Assembly: GCA_002269645.1 (NCBI GenBank)
Contig: NIVC01000460.1
Coordinates: forward strand, 525,984 to 589,983
From: Macrostomum lignano
Lineage: Eukaryota
DNA: 64,000 nucleotides
Direction: 5' to 3'
In this document: piece by piece, positions 19,151-30,200 of the stretch
Layout of the letters: the number at the start of each line of letters is the position of its first letter
How positions within the stretch are numbered: position 1 is the first letter of the stretch
Notes under the pieces: model-generated
Database searches by the model: none
Told to the model about the DNA's origin: nothing
The model's input: only the letters and a program-made list of their open reading frames with translations
Made by a program: the position numbers and the translations under genes

Positions 19151-19485
19151 CCCCTATCGCCCTCTTCCCCTCTCGCCGTCTCCCCTCGCCTTCCCCCCTC
19201 GCCTTCTCCCCCTCTCGCCGTCTCCCCTCGCCTTCCCCCCTCGCCCTCTTCCCCTCTCGCTGTCTCCCCTCGCCTTCTCTCTCTCGCCCTATTCCGCTCG
19301 CTGTCTCCCTTCTCGCCCTCCCCCTCTCGCCCTCTTCTCCTCTCGCCGTCTCCCCTCGCCTTCTCCCCCTCTCGCCTTCTCCCCCTCTCGCCGTCTCCCC
19401 TCTCGCTTTCTTCCCCTCTCGCCCTCTTGCCCTCTCGCCCTCTTCCCCTCTCGCCCTCTTCCCTCTAGCCTTCTTCCCCTCTCTT
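19151..19485. repeat. Pyrimidine-rich degenerate repeat (CCCCTCTCGCC..)n
   Basis: Direct inspection. Confidence 0.85.
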
Positions 19486-19850
19486 CATATCATTTCCCTC
19501 CGAGCCCATTAAAACCAGCATTCACCTACTATGACTAATTCAGTATAATTGCATATTACTAATTGTCAATTGCTATCTACAGAACTGCTTTCACAACAAA
19601 TTTGGTCTGCCTGCTATTATTTATCAAATTACGTACCAGTGTCACTCTGATCCGATATGTATCTTGCTTTCTACGAGTATTTAATCTGGTGCGGCTGCCG
19701 CCCTGCCGTTATGATGCTAAGCAGATTAAATTAATCTGTCTTCCTCTCACCGAGTTTTGTTCGCATCGATTTATTGCTTTCAGTGGAGTCTGTTGGTAGA
19801 AATATTATATGAGTTTTGTCTGTTAAAATCATAATTTGACTAAATTCTTT

Positions 19851-21614
19851 GGGATCTGACAATTAGCTCCTATGGGATCTGACAATTAGCTCCTGTGTGA
19901 TCTGACAATTAGCCCCTATGGGATCTGACAATTAGCCCCTATGGGATCTGACAATTAGCCCCTATGGGATCTGACAATTAGCCCCTATGGGATCTGACAA
20001 TTAGCCCCTATGGAATCTGACAATTAGCCCCTATGGGATCTGACAATTAGCCCCTATGGGATCTGACAATTAGCCCCTATGGGATCTGACAATTAGCTCC
20101 TATGGGATCTAACAATTAGCTCCTATGGGATCTGACAATTAGCTCCTATGGGATCTAACAATTAGCTCCTATGGGATCTGACAATTAGCTCCTATGGGAT
20201 CTGACAATTAGCCCCTATGGGATCTGACAATTAGCTCCTATGGTATCTGACAATTAGCCCCTATGGGATCTGACAATTAGCTCCTATGGTATCTGACAAT
20301 TAGCTCCTATGGGATCTGAAAATTAGCTCCTATGGGATCTGACAATTAGCTCCTATGGGATCTGACAATTAGCCCCTATGGGATCTGACAATTAGCTCCT
20401 ATGGGATCTAACAATTAGCTCCTATGGGATCTGACAATTAGCTCCTATGGGATCTAACAATTAGCTCCTATGGGATCTGACAATTAGCTCCTATGGGATC
20501 TGACAATTAGCCCCTATGGGATCTGACAATTAGCTCCTATGGGATCTAACAATTAGCCCCTATGGGATCTGACAATTAGCCCCTATGGGATCTGACAATT
20601 AGCCCCTATGGGATCTGACAATTAGCTCCTATGGGATCTGACAATTAGCTCCTATGGGATCTGACAATTAGCCCCTATGGGATCTGACAATTAGCTCCTA
20701 TGGGATCTGACAATTAGCCCCTATGGGATCTGACAATCAGCCCCTATGGGATCTGACAATTAGCTCCTATGGGATCTGACAATTAGCTCCTATGGGATCT
20801 GACAATTAGCCCCTATGGGATCTGACAATTAGCCCCTATGGGATCTGACAATTAGCTCCTATGGTATCTGACAATTAGCTCCTATGGGATCTGAAAATTA
20901 GCCCCTATGGGATCTGACAATTAGCCCCTATGGGATCTGACAATTAGCCCCTATGGGATCTGACAATTAGCTCCTATGGGATATGAAAATTAGCTCCTAT
21001 GGGATCTGACAATTAGCTCCTATGGGATCTGACAATTAGCTCCTATGGGATCTGACAATTAGCCCCTATGGGATCTAACAATTAGCCCCTATGGGATCTG
21101 ACAATTAGCTCCTATGGTATCTAACAATTAGCTCCTATGGGATCTGACAATTAGCTCCTATGGGATCTGACAATTAGCCCCTATGGGATCTGACAATTAG
21201 CCCCTATGGGATCTGACAATTAGCCCCTATGGGATCTGACAATTAGCTCCTATGGGATCTGAAAATTAGCTCCTATGGGATCTGACAATTAGCTCCTATG
21301 GGATCTGACAATTAGCTCCAATGGGATCTGACAATTAGCTCCTATGGTATCTAACAATTAGCTCCTATGGGATCTGACAATTAGCTCCTATGGGATCTGA
21401 CAATTAGCTCCTATGGGATCTGACAATTAGCTCCTATGGGATCTGACAATTAGCCCCTATGGGATCTGACAATTAGCTCCTATGGTATCTGACAATTAGC
21501 TCCTATGGGATCTGACAATTAGCTCCTATGTGATCTGACAATTAGCCCCTATGGGATCTGACAATTAGCCCCTATGGGATCTGACAATTAGCCCCTATGG
21601 GATCTGACAATTAG
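19851..21614. repeat. 23-bp satellite (GGGATCTGACAATTAGC[C/T]CCTAT)n, about 76 copies
   Basis: Direct tandem with no spacers, between LRRFIP and the plakin-like cluster. Confidence 0.97.
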
Positions 21615-22359
21615 TTTCGGTGCTTCATTTTTATTATAAAGTACATTGAACCGTGCTCACTGTTCGCCAGCCTTCAGCATAGAGTGACCACGCGATTGGG
21701 TTCACTTTGTCTGTACATCAAATAATTGCTACAGCTTTTTAACAAAATTCAATCAAGTTCACTCGCACTTAGCTTTGAAAATTGGAGTTAGTTGTGTACT
21801 TAGTATGCTAAATATAATTTCGTGATATATCTAGGCTGATGCACCAGTTCAGACTTCATAGCCTGTAAAGTTTAACGAAATTTATGATTGATTCATTTGT
21901 GTCACTTGCCCTGTCACGATTGCAACAACCCCTGTTGTCCCTGTCCGCGTACGTGTGTTTAAATATATTATTCTATCTATATGAATATTGTTTTTGATTA
22001 ACGATTAAAACTGCAATTTTAAATTCAGCAGCACGTGCTGTGTGTTTGTAGCTGAGCTAATTATGGCTAATTATAATTGCAATTTCTTTATCTATTATGC
22101 CCAGTGGTGAGGTCTCATCACAATGGCATACATGTAACAGTGTCTGCACCGGTTCGCTCGTACTTACCAGTTAACTGTCTCACCTATGCTAGTCAAAAAG
22201 CATTGAGAATTGGCACATGGCGTCTGTGGCTTCAAAGTCTGGGAGTCTACGAATGGTTTTGAGTTTCGCGAATATCCCGCAGCTGTACCCTAACCTGTTT
22301 CTGAACCTATTTTCCCTGCCTGCTACCCTTTCTACCTACTTCTCTCCCTACCTATACTC

Positions 22360-24610
22360 TTCGATGCAGAACTGGAGACTGCAGGACGTCAAGTCCAACT
22401 TCAAGGCCAACCAAGTGCGTCTTAAAAGTTTGCACTAGTTGTTAAATAGCAGTATTTATTATTTAATTTCATTTTTATTCCTTTGTCATTATAAAAATTT
22501 CCCTACCGCTGCTCTACGATAAATCTTCCCTCTCAATCATGCACAGCGTCACAGGTGGGCTAGCCGTGTCAACGCGAACTCGATATGTTCCAGACACTGC
22601 TCGGACAGAGGAGCAGTACAGCATCAATATCCATGTCCAGGACACATCCTCTTCGGAATTCCAAGCAGCAGTGCAGTGTAGGCTGAAGCACACAAGTCAG
22701 GGTTCTCTGCTCTTGTTGCGTCATGGAGTGGGTTCAACGACCAAGTTCGTCGCTACGTAAAGGCCAACACCTGAATTTTCAGACCTCTTTACCTCATGGA
22801 GCGGATTCCAGGACGAAGTCCGCCGGTACGTAGAGCAGTACACATCGAGATTCTGTGGCATATTCACCTCATGGAGCGGCTTCGATGCTCAAGTGCGGCA
22901 GTATGTACTAAGCCATGAAGGAGAATTCGCTACACTTCTTGGAGTGAGCTCTAAAGCTCCAGACACTTCATCGTCGGAATTCCGTGCTTTAGTTCTTAAA
23001 TACATCGAAGAAAACAAAACAGCGAGACTTCACTTAATATCTTTGCAAGTTGGAACACTTGGCGATCACACGCGTCTCTATTTGAAGGCCCATACCTCCG
23101 AGTTTTTCGACATTTACCTCGTGGAGTGGCTTTGAATCACAAGTTCGAATATATATCCAAACGTATAAAGAGCAATTCAGCGACTTAAAACTCTCCAAAA
23201 CAGAGGAGATTGACACATCTCCAGAATTCCGCGCCTTGGTGCTGAGGTACTCCCAAGAGCACAAGCCAGAGTTCTCAGCCATGTTCATCACATGGAGCGA
23301 GTTTGGCGACCAAGTGCACCGCTACGTGAAAGAGCACACGTCGGAGTTCTCCAACATCTTTGTCTCGTAGAGCGGATTCCGCAGCCAAGTGCGTAGCTAC
23401 GTGCAGGAGAACACTTCGGAGTTCTCTGACATCTATCTCAACTGGGAGGGTTTCGAGCCGCAAGTGCGTGAATATGTGCAGAAACAGGAAAGCAAGTTTG
23501 TCGAGCTTCTCCCCGTCAAGACTAAAGAGATTGACACTTCGTCGCCAGAGTTCCGCGCCATGGTGCTGAGATACGTTGAGGAGCACGAATCGGAGTTTGC
23601 CTCTATCTTCGCCACGTGGAACATTTTCAGCGACTACTTGCAGCGCTACGTTAAAGAGAACACGTGGGAGTTCACAGAAATCTTCTCCTGGAGCGGAGTC
23701 GAAAGTCAGATTAGAAATTATTTGCGTAAGAACTCAGAGAAATTCTCCGCCCAGCTCACTGTGCAGGCGAAGGAGATCGACACGTCGTCGCCAGAAGTCC
23801 AAGCAAACAAGTCAGAATTTACTGCCATGTTCGTTACCTGGAACGAGTTCGAGGATCAAGTGCGCCGCTACGTCGAAGAGCACACACATCGGAGTTCTCT
23901 AGCATCTTTGTGTCGTGGAGTGGATTCGAAACTCAAGTTCGGCAGTATATTCGAACACACGAATACAAGTTTAGTGAGCTGAAACAGCCTGATTCCTCGT
24001 CACCGGAGTTTCGCTCAATGGTTTTAAAGTACGTTCGAGAACACTTTTCAGAGTTTCTATGACCTTTACATCTTGAAGCCTTTGAAGCTGAAATTCGGCG
24101 TTATGTTTTTCAGCACGATACAGAGTTTAGTTTATTGCGTTGCTTGGCTGCATTCGTGAAAAGGATAAACAGACTTTGCAACTGATTTCCTCCAGTGGCT
24201 GTTGTAATGAGATTTCATGGACAATTTCTGAATCTGGTTTTCACTATGAACGAAACGATGAATCTTTATCTGTGATCCATTCAGGCAAATCAGCCGTTGG
24301 AATGACGGCCTTTGAGCCACCAAATGCAGCTGACGAAAGACTTGAAAGGAATTTGTCTGACTTAAGCACAGGATTCTCGTTCGTTCATAGACCTACGCTC
24401 GTACAACATCTGGCGACATCAAAACAACTGAATCAAGAGAGTACATGTCGTTCGGATCTCGAACAGAGTCGGTTCCCGTCGGTTTTCAGGGCATTGTATC
24501 GGGAGCTACTGGGTCACGCGCCGGTTACATCGGACGGAGAGATGCTAGACTTATCCGGATCGAGAACTCAACAGTTTTATAACTCATCTATTAGTATAGC
24601 ATTTGAATAG
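22360..24610 (+). pseudogene. Plakin-like paralogue copy A: 5'-truncated remnant (end of exon 8, intron, degenerate repeat exon)
   Basis: 22360-22510 is near-identical to 30783-30930 of copy B. The segment carrying the giant-exon acceptor in B (TCCTGTAAACATCGCAGAGAGCACCGCAAC) is deleted. TGG>TAG at 23368-23370 in an SWSGF motif; several frameshifts. Holds about 6 decayed DTSS.EFR units, an SSSGC motif and one 69-aa unit. Confidence 0.8.
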
Positions 24611-25770
24611 GATATGAAGCTCAAAAAAAAGTAAAATATTTTAGCATAACTTACAGAAACCAACTACCAAAAAAGCAGTTTAATTGAAGTGCATACTTTG
24701 CTGTTGGGATTTTTTCAGCGACTATTTATCCACAGTTTTTTTTATTTTCGCACTGTTTAGAAAATCGATTTTAACCCTGGTTATTAAGTTTTTACGCTCT
24801 TAAGTTTTACTTTGAACCAAATCTTTATATATAGTGTGTAGTTGTCTTTAGTTTTAACAAATTTAACTAACGTAGAATTATAATTAAAACTTATCACTAC
24901 TAGCTCTTATTTATTGTTTTTTTAAAGATTTTTCTGAATAACAAAGTTACCCATAATTACACATTTTGCTGAGTAGAAAGAATTTCAATTAGCTGCGAAT
25001 TCTTTTACGTAACAATAAATTAACCATTTCTCTTTCGCCAAAAAACTTTTTTACATATTTTTTAAATTAAATATATACCAACTAAAGTGCGAAATATTTA
25101 ACACTCATTAAAACACGATAACTAGTACCCAATTTCTTGTTAATCTTTATTTATTACGTCAACGGAAGCGATGTTCTGTAAGGCGTAAGAGGCACACTGA
25201 ACAAGTGCGCCATAAGCTTAATTCTCTTGATACTCGGGTGTCCACGGAGAAACCTAGTTGTTTTCCAATTACGAGCGTAAATGAAAAAAAGAGAATTAGA
25301 AGAAAACGAAGGTATGGAAAATAAGATTGGAGCAGAGGGGGTGTAAAGATGAATTCAACTCAGCGAGCAGAGCTTTGCAAAGCAGTTGCGATTCATATGG
25401 AGCTCAAGCGGCCAAGCCAAGGAGTGATGGCGAAAGGCTGCGGCTAAAGATGGAATTCTTGCAAACTTTGGAAAACTGTCCACCTTGCTTCCTTTTATGA
25501 GGCAAAAAGTGCCTTATTATTCAAAGCCAGCCGTAAAAGGCGTAAACGTTTTTACCCCGCGAGAGGGGTCAGAGTGAGCCTGCCAGGGGGGGGGGCAAGA
25601 AGAGATGCAGACAGCCCTGAGTCCGTGGGTCGTTCGGTGCGCTTCAAGTAAGTTGGGCGGCAGACTGTCTGGCCTGCTTTAGAAATGCAGTTCTTCCCAC
25701 TGTGCCACTCTGCTCTGGTGTGTTGTTTTACGTCTGCGCCTCCATTCTGCTCTGTCTGTGCTTCTCCGCC

Positions 25771-25809
25771 ATCTATCAATCTATCTATCTAGCTATCTAT
25801 CTATCTATA

Positions 25810-25840
<31 letters not shown>

Positions 25841-25905
25841 TTATCATCTATCATCTATCTATCTATCTATCTATTTATCATCTATCATCTATCTATCTAT
25901 TTATC

Positions 25906-25959
<54 letters not shown>

Positions 25960-25990
25960 TTATCATCTATCATCTATCTATCTATTTATC

Positions 25991-26040
<50 letters not shown>

Positions 26041-26083
26041 TTATCATCTATCTATCTATCTATCTATCTATTTATCATCTATC

Positions 26084-26129
<46 letters not shown>

Positions 26130-26134
26130 TTATC

Positions 26135-26196
<62 letters not shown>

Positions 26197-26392
26197 TTAT
26201 CATCTATCTATCTATCTATCTATCTATCTATTTATCATCTATCATCTATCTATCTATCTATTTATCATCTATCTATCTATCTATCTATCTATTTATCATC
26301 TATCTATCTATCTATCTATCTATTTATCATCTATCATCTATCTATCTATCTATTTATCATCTATCATCTATCTATCTATCTATCTATCTATC
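25771..26392. repeat. (ATCT)n microsatellite with TTTATC/ATCATC interruptions
   Basis: Direct inspection. Confidence 0.97.
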
Positions 26393-26956
26393 CCCTATTA
26401 TCTGTCCACATTAATTATTTATTTCTTTCTATTCTCTCGTGCAGAGCCATCTTTCCATTTCTATCTCACTTGGTTTTGTTGCATTTTTTTCACTCAATGC
26501 TGGCTTGAAAAGCTGTAAGAGTTTTTGCTGCATCTACTCGCTGTTCAAGCGTCGTCAATAGGCTTACTTTGGACTCGGGAGGAGCAGTTGAGAAGCTCCA
26601 CCGCCACTGGACAGTTGCTGAATGAATGCTAAAGGAACAATAGCCAGGCAAAAAAGAGATTCGGTGGGTCTTTCAATGCCTTTCAATGTTGGGGTTATTA
26701 AAGCGGGCAGCCATCTCCAGTATGCGCCTTCTCTGCGGCCCACAGAACCCAGCACTGTTTTTCTCGAAAGACAGCCCCAGTTCTGACTAAAAATTAGCAA
26801 AGCTTTTCAGCGCATCAAACCTGCAATTGCTTAACTCTCCTTGTATTTCAGAAATCTTAACTACCCTTTTTCCGAACGGAAGAATCGAGATTTAGTGAGT
26901 GATTTATTTTTTTTCGAATCGCTGGAAATTCGATATAGTACTGTATGTTGCTATAT

Positions 26957-27186
26957 GGGACTGGAGTGGGATTCTGTAGGGACTGAAGTGGGATTCTGTA
27001 GGGACTGAAGTGGGATTCTGTAGGGACTGGAGTGGGATTCTGTAGGGACTGAAGTGGGATTCTGTAGGGACTGAAGTGGGATTCTGTAGGGACTGGAGTG
27101 GGATTCTGTAGGGACGAGTGGGATTCTGTAGGGACTGGAGTGAGATTCTGTAGGGACGAGTGGGATTCTGTAGGGACTGGAGTGAG
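26957..27186. repeat. 22-bp minisatellite (GGGATTCTGTAGGGACTG[A/G]AGT)n
   Basis: Direct tandem, about 10 copies, ending about 100 bp upstream of copy B exon 1. Confidence 0.95.
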
Positions 27187-27289
27187 ACAATTAAACATCT
27201 TTATCATTTGCTTTTGCATGGACCTTGTTGGCATTTTTCGGTTATGGTGAAAAAATTTTTCGTGAACTTCACCAAATACTCGCTGACAG

Positions 27290-30200
27290 GTGACCCTTGA
27301 TCGCCTCTCAATGACGGCTGTGGCGACGGCGCATCAGCAGGAGATTGATCAGTGGCTGCATGACAACCGAAATGACGTGGAGTCAGCTGCCATCGGCTGC
27401 ACTCACCAGGCGCTGCTGTTTCAGCAAACCAAGCAGTCGGTCCTGCTGGAGGAGATCCAAGCGCTTGAGAGCAGGCTGGACGAGTCCAACAAGTCAGCGG
27501 CAGCGTCCCTCACCAAGCTGAAGGCAATGGAGAGTCAGATTGGCGTGAACCAGGAGGCGCTGACTTACCTCCAGCAGGTGACGTCGCTTGAGACGGCAGT
27601 TATGTCAGCCGGTCAGCAAGTGATGGAGAAGGCACTGCAGATGTCCAAAGTGACCGATGGAGTCGTCCTGAAAGCCAAGAAGGTGAGAAAAGAACTCAAC
27701 CTTATTGAAAATCTGTGCGAATACAGTTGACCAAAAAAATCTACATACGAGCCTCGTATGTCAATTACTAAGCTGCAAGGGAGTAAGCTAATAAGATTGG
27801 GGTGAATTTATGAGTATGCCATGTGTATGAAGGTCCGGTGTTACGATGGGCGGCAACCTTGCATGTGATCTGGGTGTATGAGTTTATCAAACTCAGGCGT
27901 CGACAAAATCTACATCCAGAGACAGATGAGAGAGGAAATTGAGAAGAGAGAACAGTTGAGAGAGTAGAGAGGAGAGAGAAGATTAGATGAGAGGTAGGAT
28001 CAGAAAGTCTAGAAAACAATTTAATGTCCTATTTCAATCCAAAATCTTGACGGCTCTCTAGGAGCTACTGGTAGAACAAGACAGCTGATGAAGCAAGAAA
28101 CGGGTAAAGCCATATTATACGCTACTCGTAGTTAGAAAATCGAATTGGCGAATATTTTCTCCCAGGAGTTGTCGGCCGAGGTCCACGGCACCTGGAGCTG
28201 GGTGAGCCAGCTGGCCGACCTGAACCGGCTCCACACCCGCAACGCCGCGGACTACCAGACCTTCCACCACAGCGCCTACGAGCTCAACGCCATGCTGAAC
28301 AGCCGAGCCAGCAGCAGCAGCTCCGCCATTGCCGCCATTCCCGCCAACAAGATGCTGGGCTCCATCAAGCGCATAAACACCGTGCTCACTGTGAGTAACC
28401 TCTTGTCAGTTTCAATATCGGAAATACTCAAATCGCACACTTCAAAAGTAAAAGCCTCCTCGAAACCTCGGCAGGACAACTTGGCCCAGTTCAACCGGCT
28501 GTGGCAGCTGTCAGTCGACCTGACGCAGCGCAGCCGAGCTGTGGTGCCGCTGCACCTGCGTTTCAGCACTGACGCCATCCCGTTCGCGGGCAAGAACGTG
28601 TTCAAGTTCGATGACGGCGAGGTAAGTGCCAACTGTATTGCAGAGTGAATTGCATATTTGATGGCGCTCGTCCTATCATATTCGGACACCTGCGAGTGGA
28701 AGTTGTGCCTGAAAACCTCTGCACACTACTGACTGAGTAGTGCGGAGAGAAAATGAAATGAAAATAAAAAACGGCAAAGCAATTAGCATACCAACAATAA
28801 AAATGATGGGTGTCTACACGTACTCCTAGAATGCGGGACTGGTCCTGGGCTATCGCAAGGTTGTTTTACTTCTTCCTAGCCTTCCGTTACTTTTTCTCCT
28901 AATTGGAAACCAAGCCCTTTTGAGTGGCGCATTTGCCAGTATTTCAAATATTTTCACAAAAAAATTCTGCTGTCTTCCGTACGATCGTATGGCCTCTCAA
29001 TCCCCACAGACGGTCCTGGAGCCGGGAGAGCAGGTGACTGTCATCGACAACTCCCAGTCCTACACGTGGACGGTGAGGCGCTCGGACGGAAGCGAGGTCG
29101 AAGTGCCCAGCACCTGCATCTGGCTGCCGCCGGCCGATCCGCAGGCAGTGCAGCTCGCTATCGGGTTTGTGGGAATATTATTATAAAAATACTTCTTTAT
29201 TGCTCACTCCTTGTCTTGAGCGCATGAAGTCTTAAAAGTGCTTTGATAATTAAAAAAAGATTAGGCATTTAGAAAAGCAGTCGTTTTGTATTTAAGAACT
29301 GAAAAGCGAACTCGTTGCGGTTTTTAGGCTGAGAAGAAAGCTGCTGAACACCTGGTCTCAGGTTCTGAACAGTCTGCGACAGTGGATCGCCGAGTTCTTT
29401 GATTCCTACTTGACCCAGATGCTCAAGAGCCCTGTGGTGAGTGCTTTTTGATCATTCGAGTGAAAAATTTCTGATCATAATAACCATACCGTTTATCATT
29501 GAAATCGTATAGTATTCTTTTTTTACACCTAAAAACAAAAGCCAGCTTTAGCGTGTAGTTAATATATAGGACAGCAGTTTGCGTCGTTTGCAAAGTGCTT
29601 TCGGAGCGGAGATACTGAACGATCTCTGTTCGCTTTTTCTTTTATTGCAATCGAAACTCGCGACGAAATCGACTGCTTTGGGTGCGGTGGGCACTCTTCA
29701 GTTCTCAAAAAGCCAGGCGCAACAGTCAAGCTGTATCGGTGCACGCCTTAAAACAAAATTGTGCTATTCCTTGAACATTTAATCGTGCAGACAGATTCTT
29801 TATTGCATTTTGGTATTTCTTTTTATATAACACCAAATATGAAAAGTGATACATAGAATGGCTTTATTTCAAGTTGAAACATTAGTTTTTAGCTACTTTT
29901 ATAATAGCATCCAAGGATTCTCCACCTCAGCTTATACATACGCCACTTGCATATAAATATACTTATGTATAGACATGCTTTTTATAGTACTCGTAAAAGT
30001 ACAATTTTCAAATCTACCCATTGCCGTCTACAGGGGGTAGCCAAAAAAAATCAAGGACGCTGTGACTGAATTTCTTAATTCGCTGCGTCAGTCGAGCCAA
30101 ACATTCCTGGGCGTTGACGATCAGTTTACGGATCGCATTGTCAAATCCATCGATAAAGTGCTTGAAAAGATGACAATCTGCGGTGAGAATCTGATTCAAA

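Noticed and set aside
19851-21614. CRISPR-like array (also considered for the 55-bp and 36/41-bp arrays)
   Set aside because: Units are head-to-tail with no unique spacers, no cas genes are present, and the context is eukaryotic
21912-22139. Solo LTR (TGTCACG...TGTAACA)
   Set aside because: No matching 4-6-bp target-site duplication flanks the candidate ends
25605-25647. Coding first exon of copy B (ATG...CAA/GTAAGT)
   Set aside because: It ends in phase 1 whereas the exon at 27290 needs phase 0; no bridging exon was found and copy C has no equivalent ATG. It may be a UTR exon
25702-26508. IYLS-repeat hydrophobic ORFs (also 43184-44029)
   Set aside because: Translations of (ATCT)n microsatellites
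30034-30050. Frameshift or pseudogenisation in copy B exon 6
   Set aside because: The CAG acceptor (exon start 30034) is out of frame by one base in an A8 run, but the TAG acceptor (start 30041) is in frame; a homopolymer error is equally possible. Not evidence of inactivation
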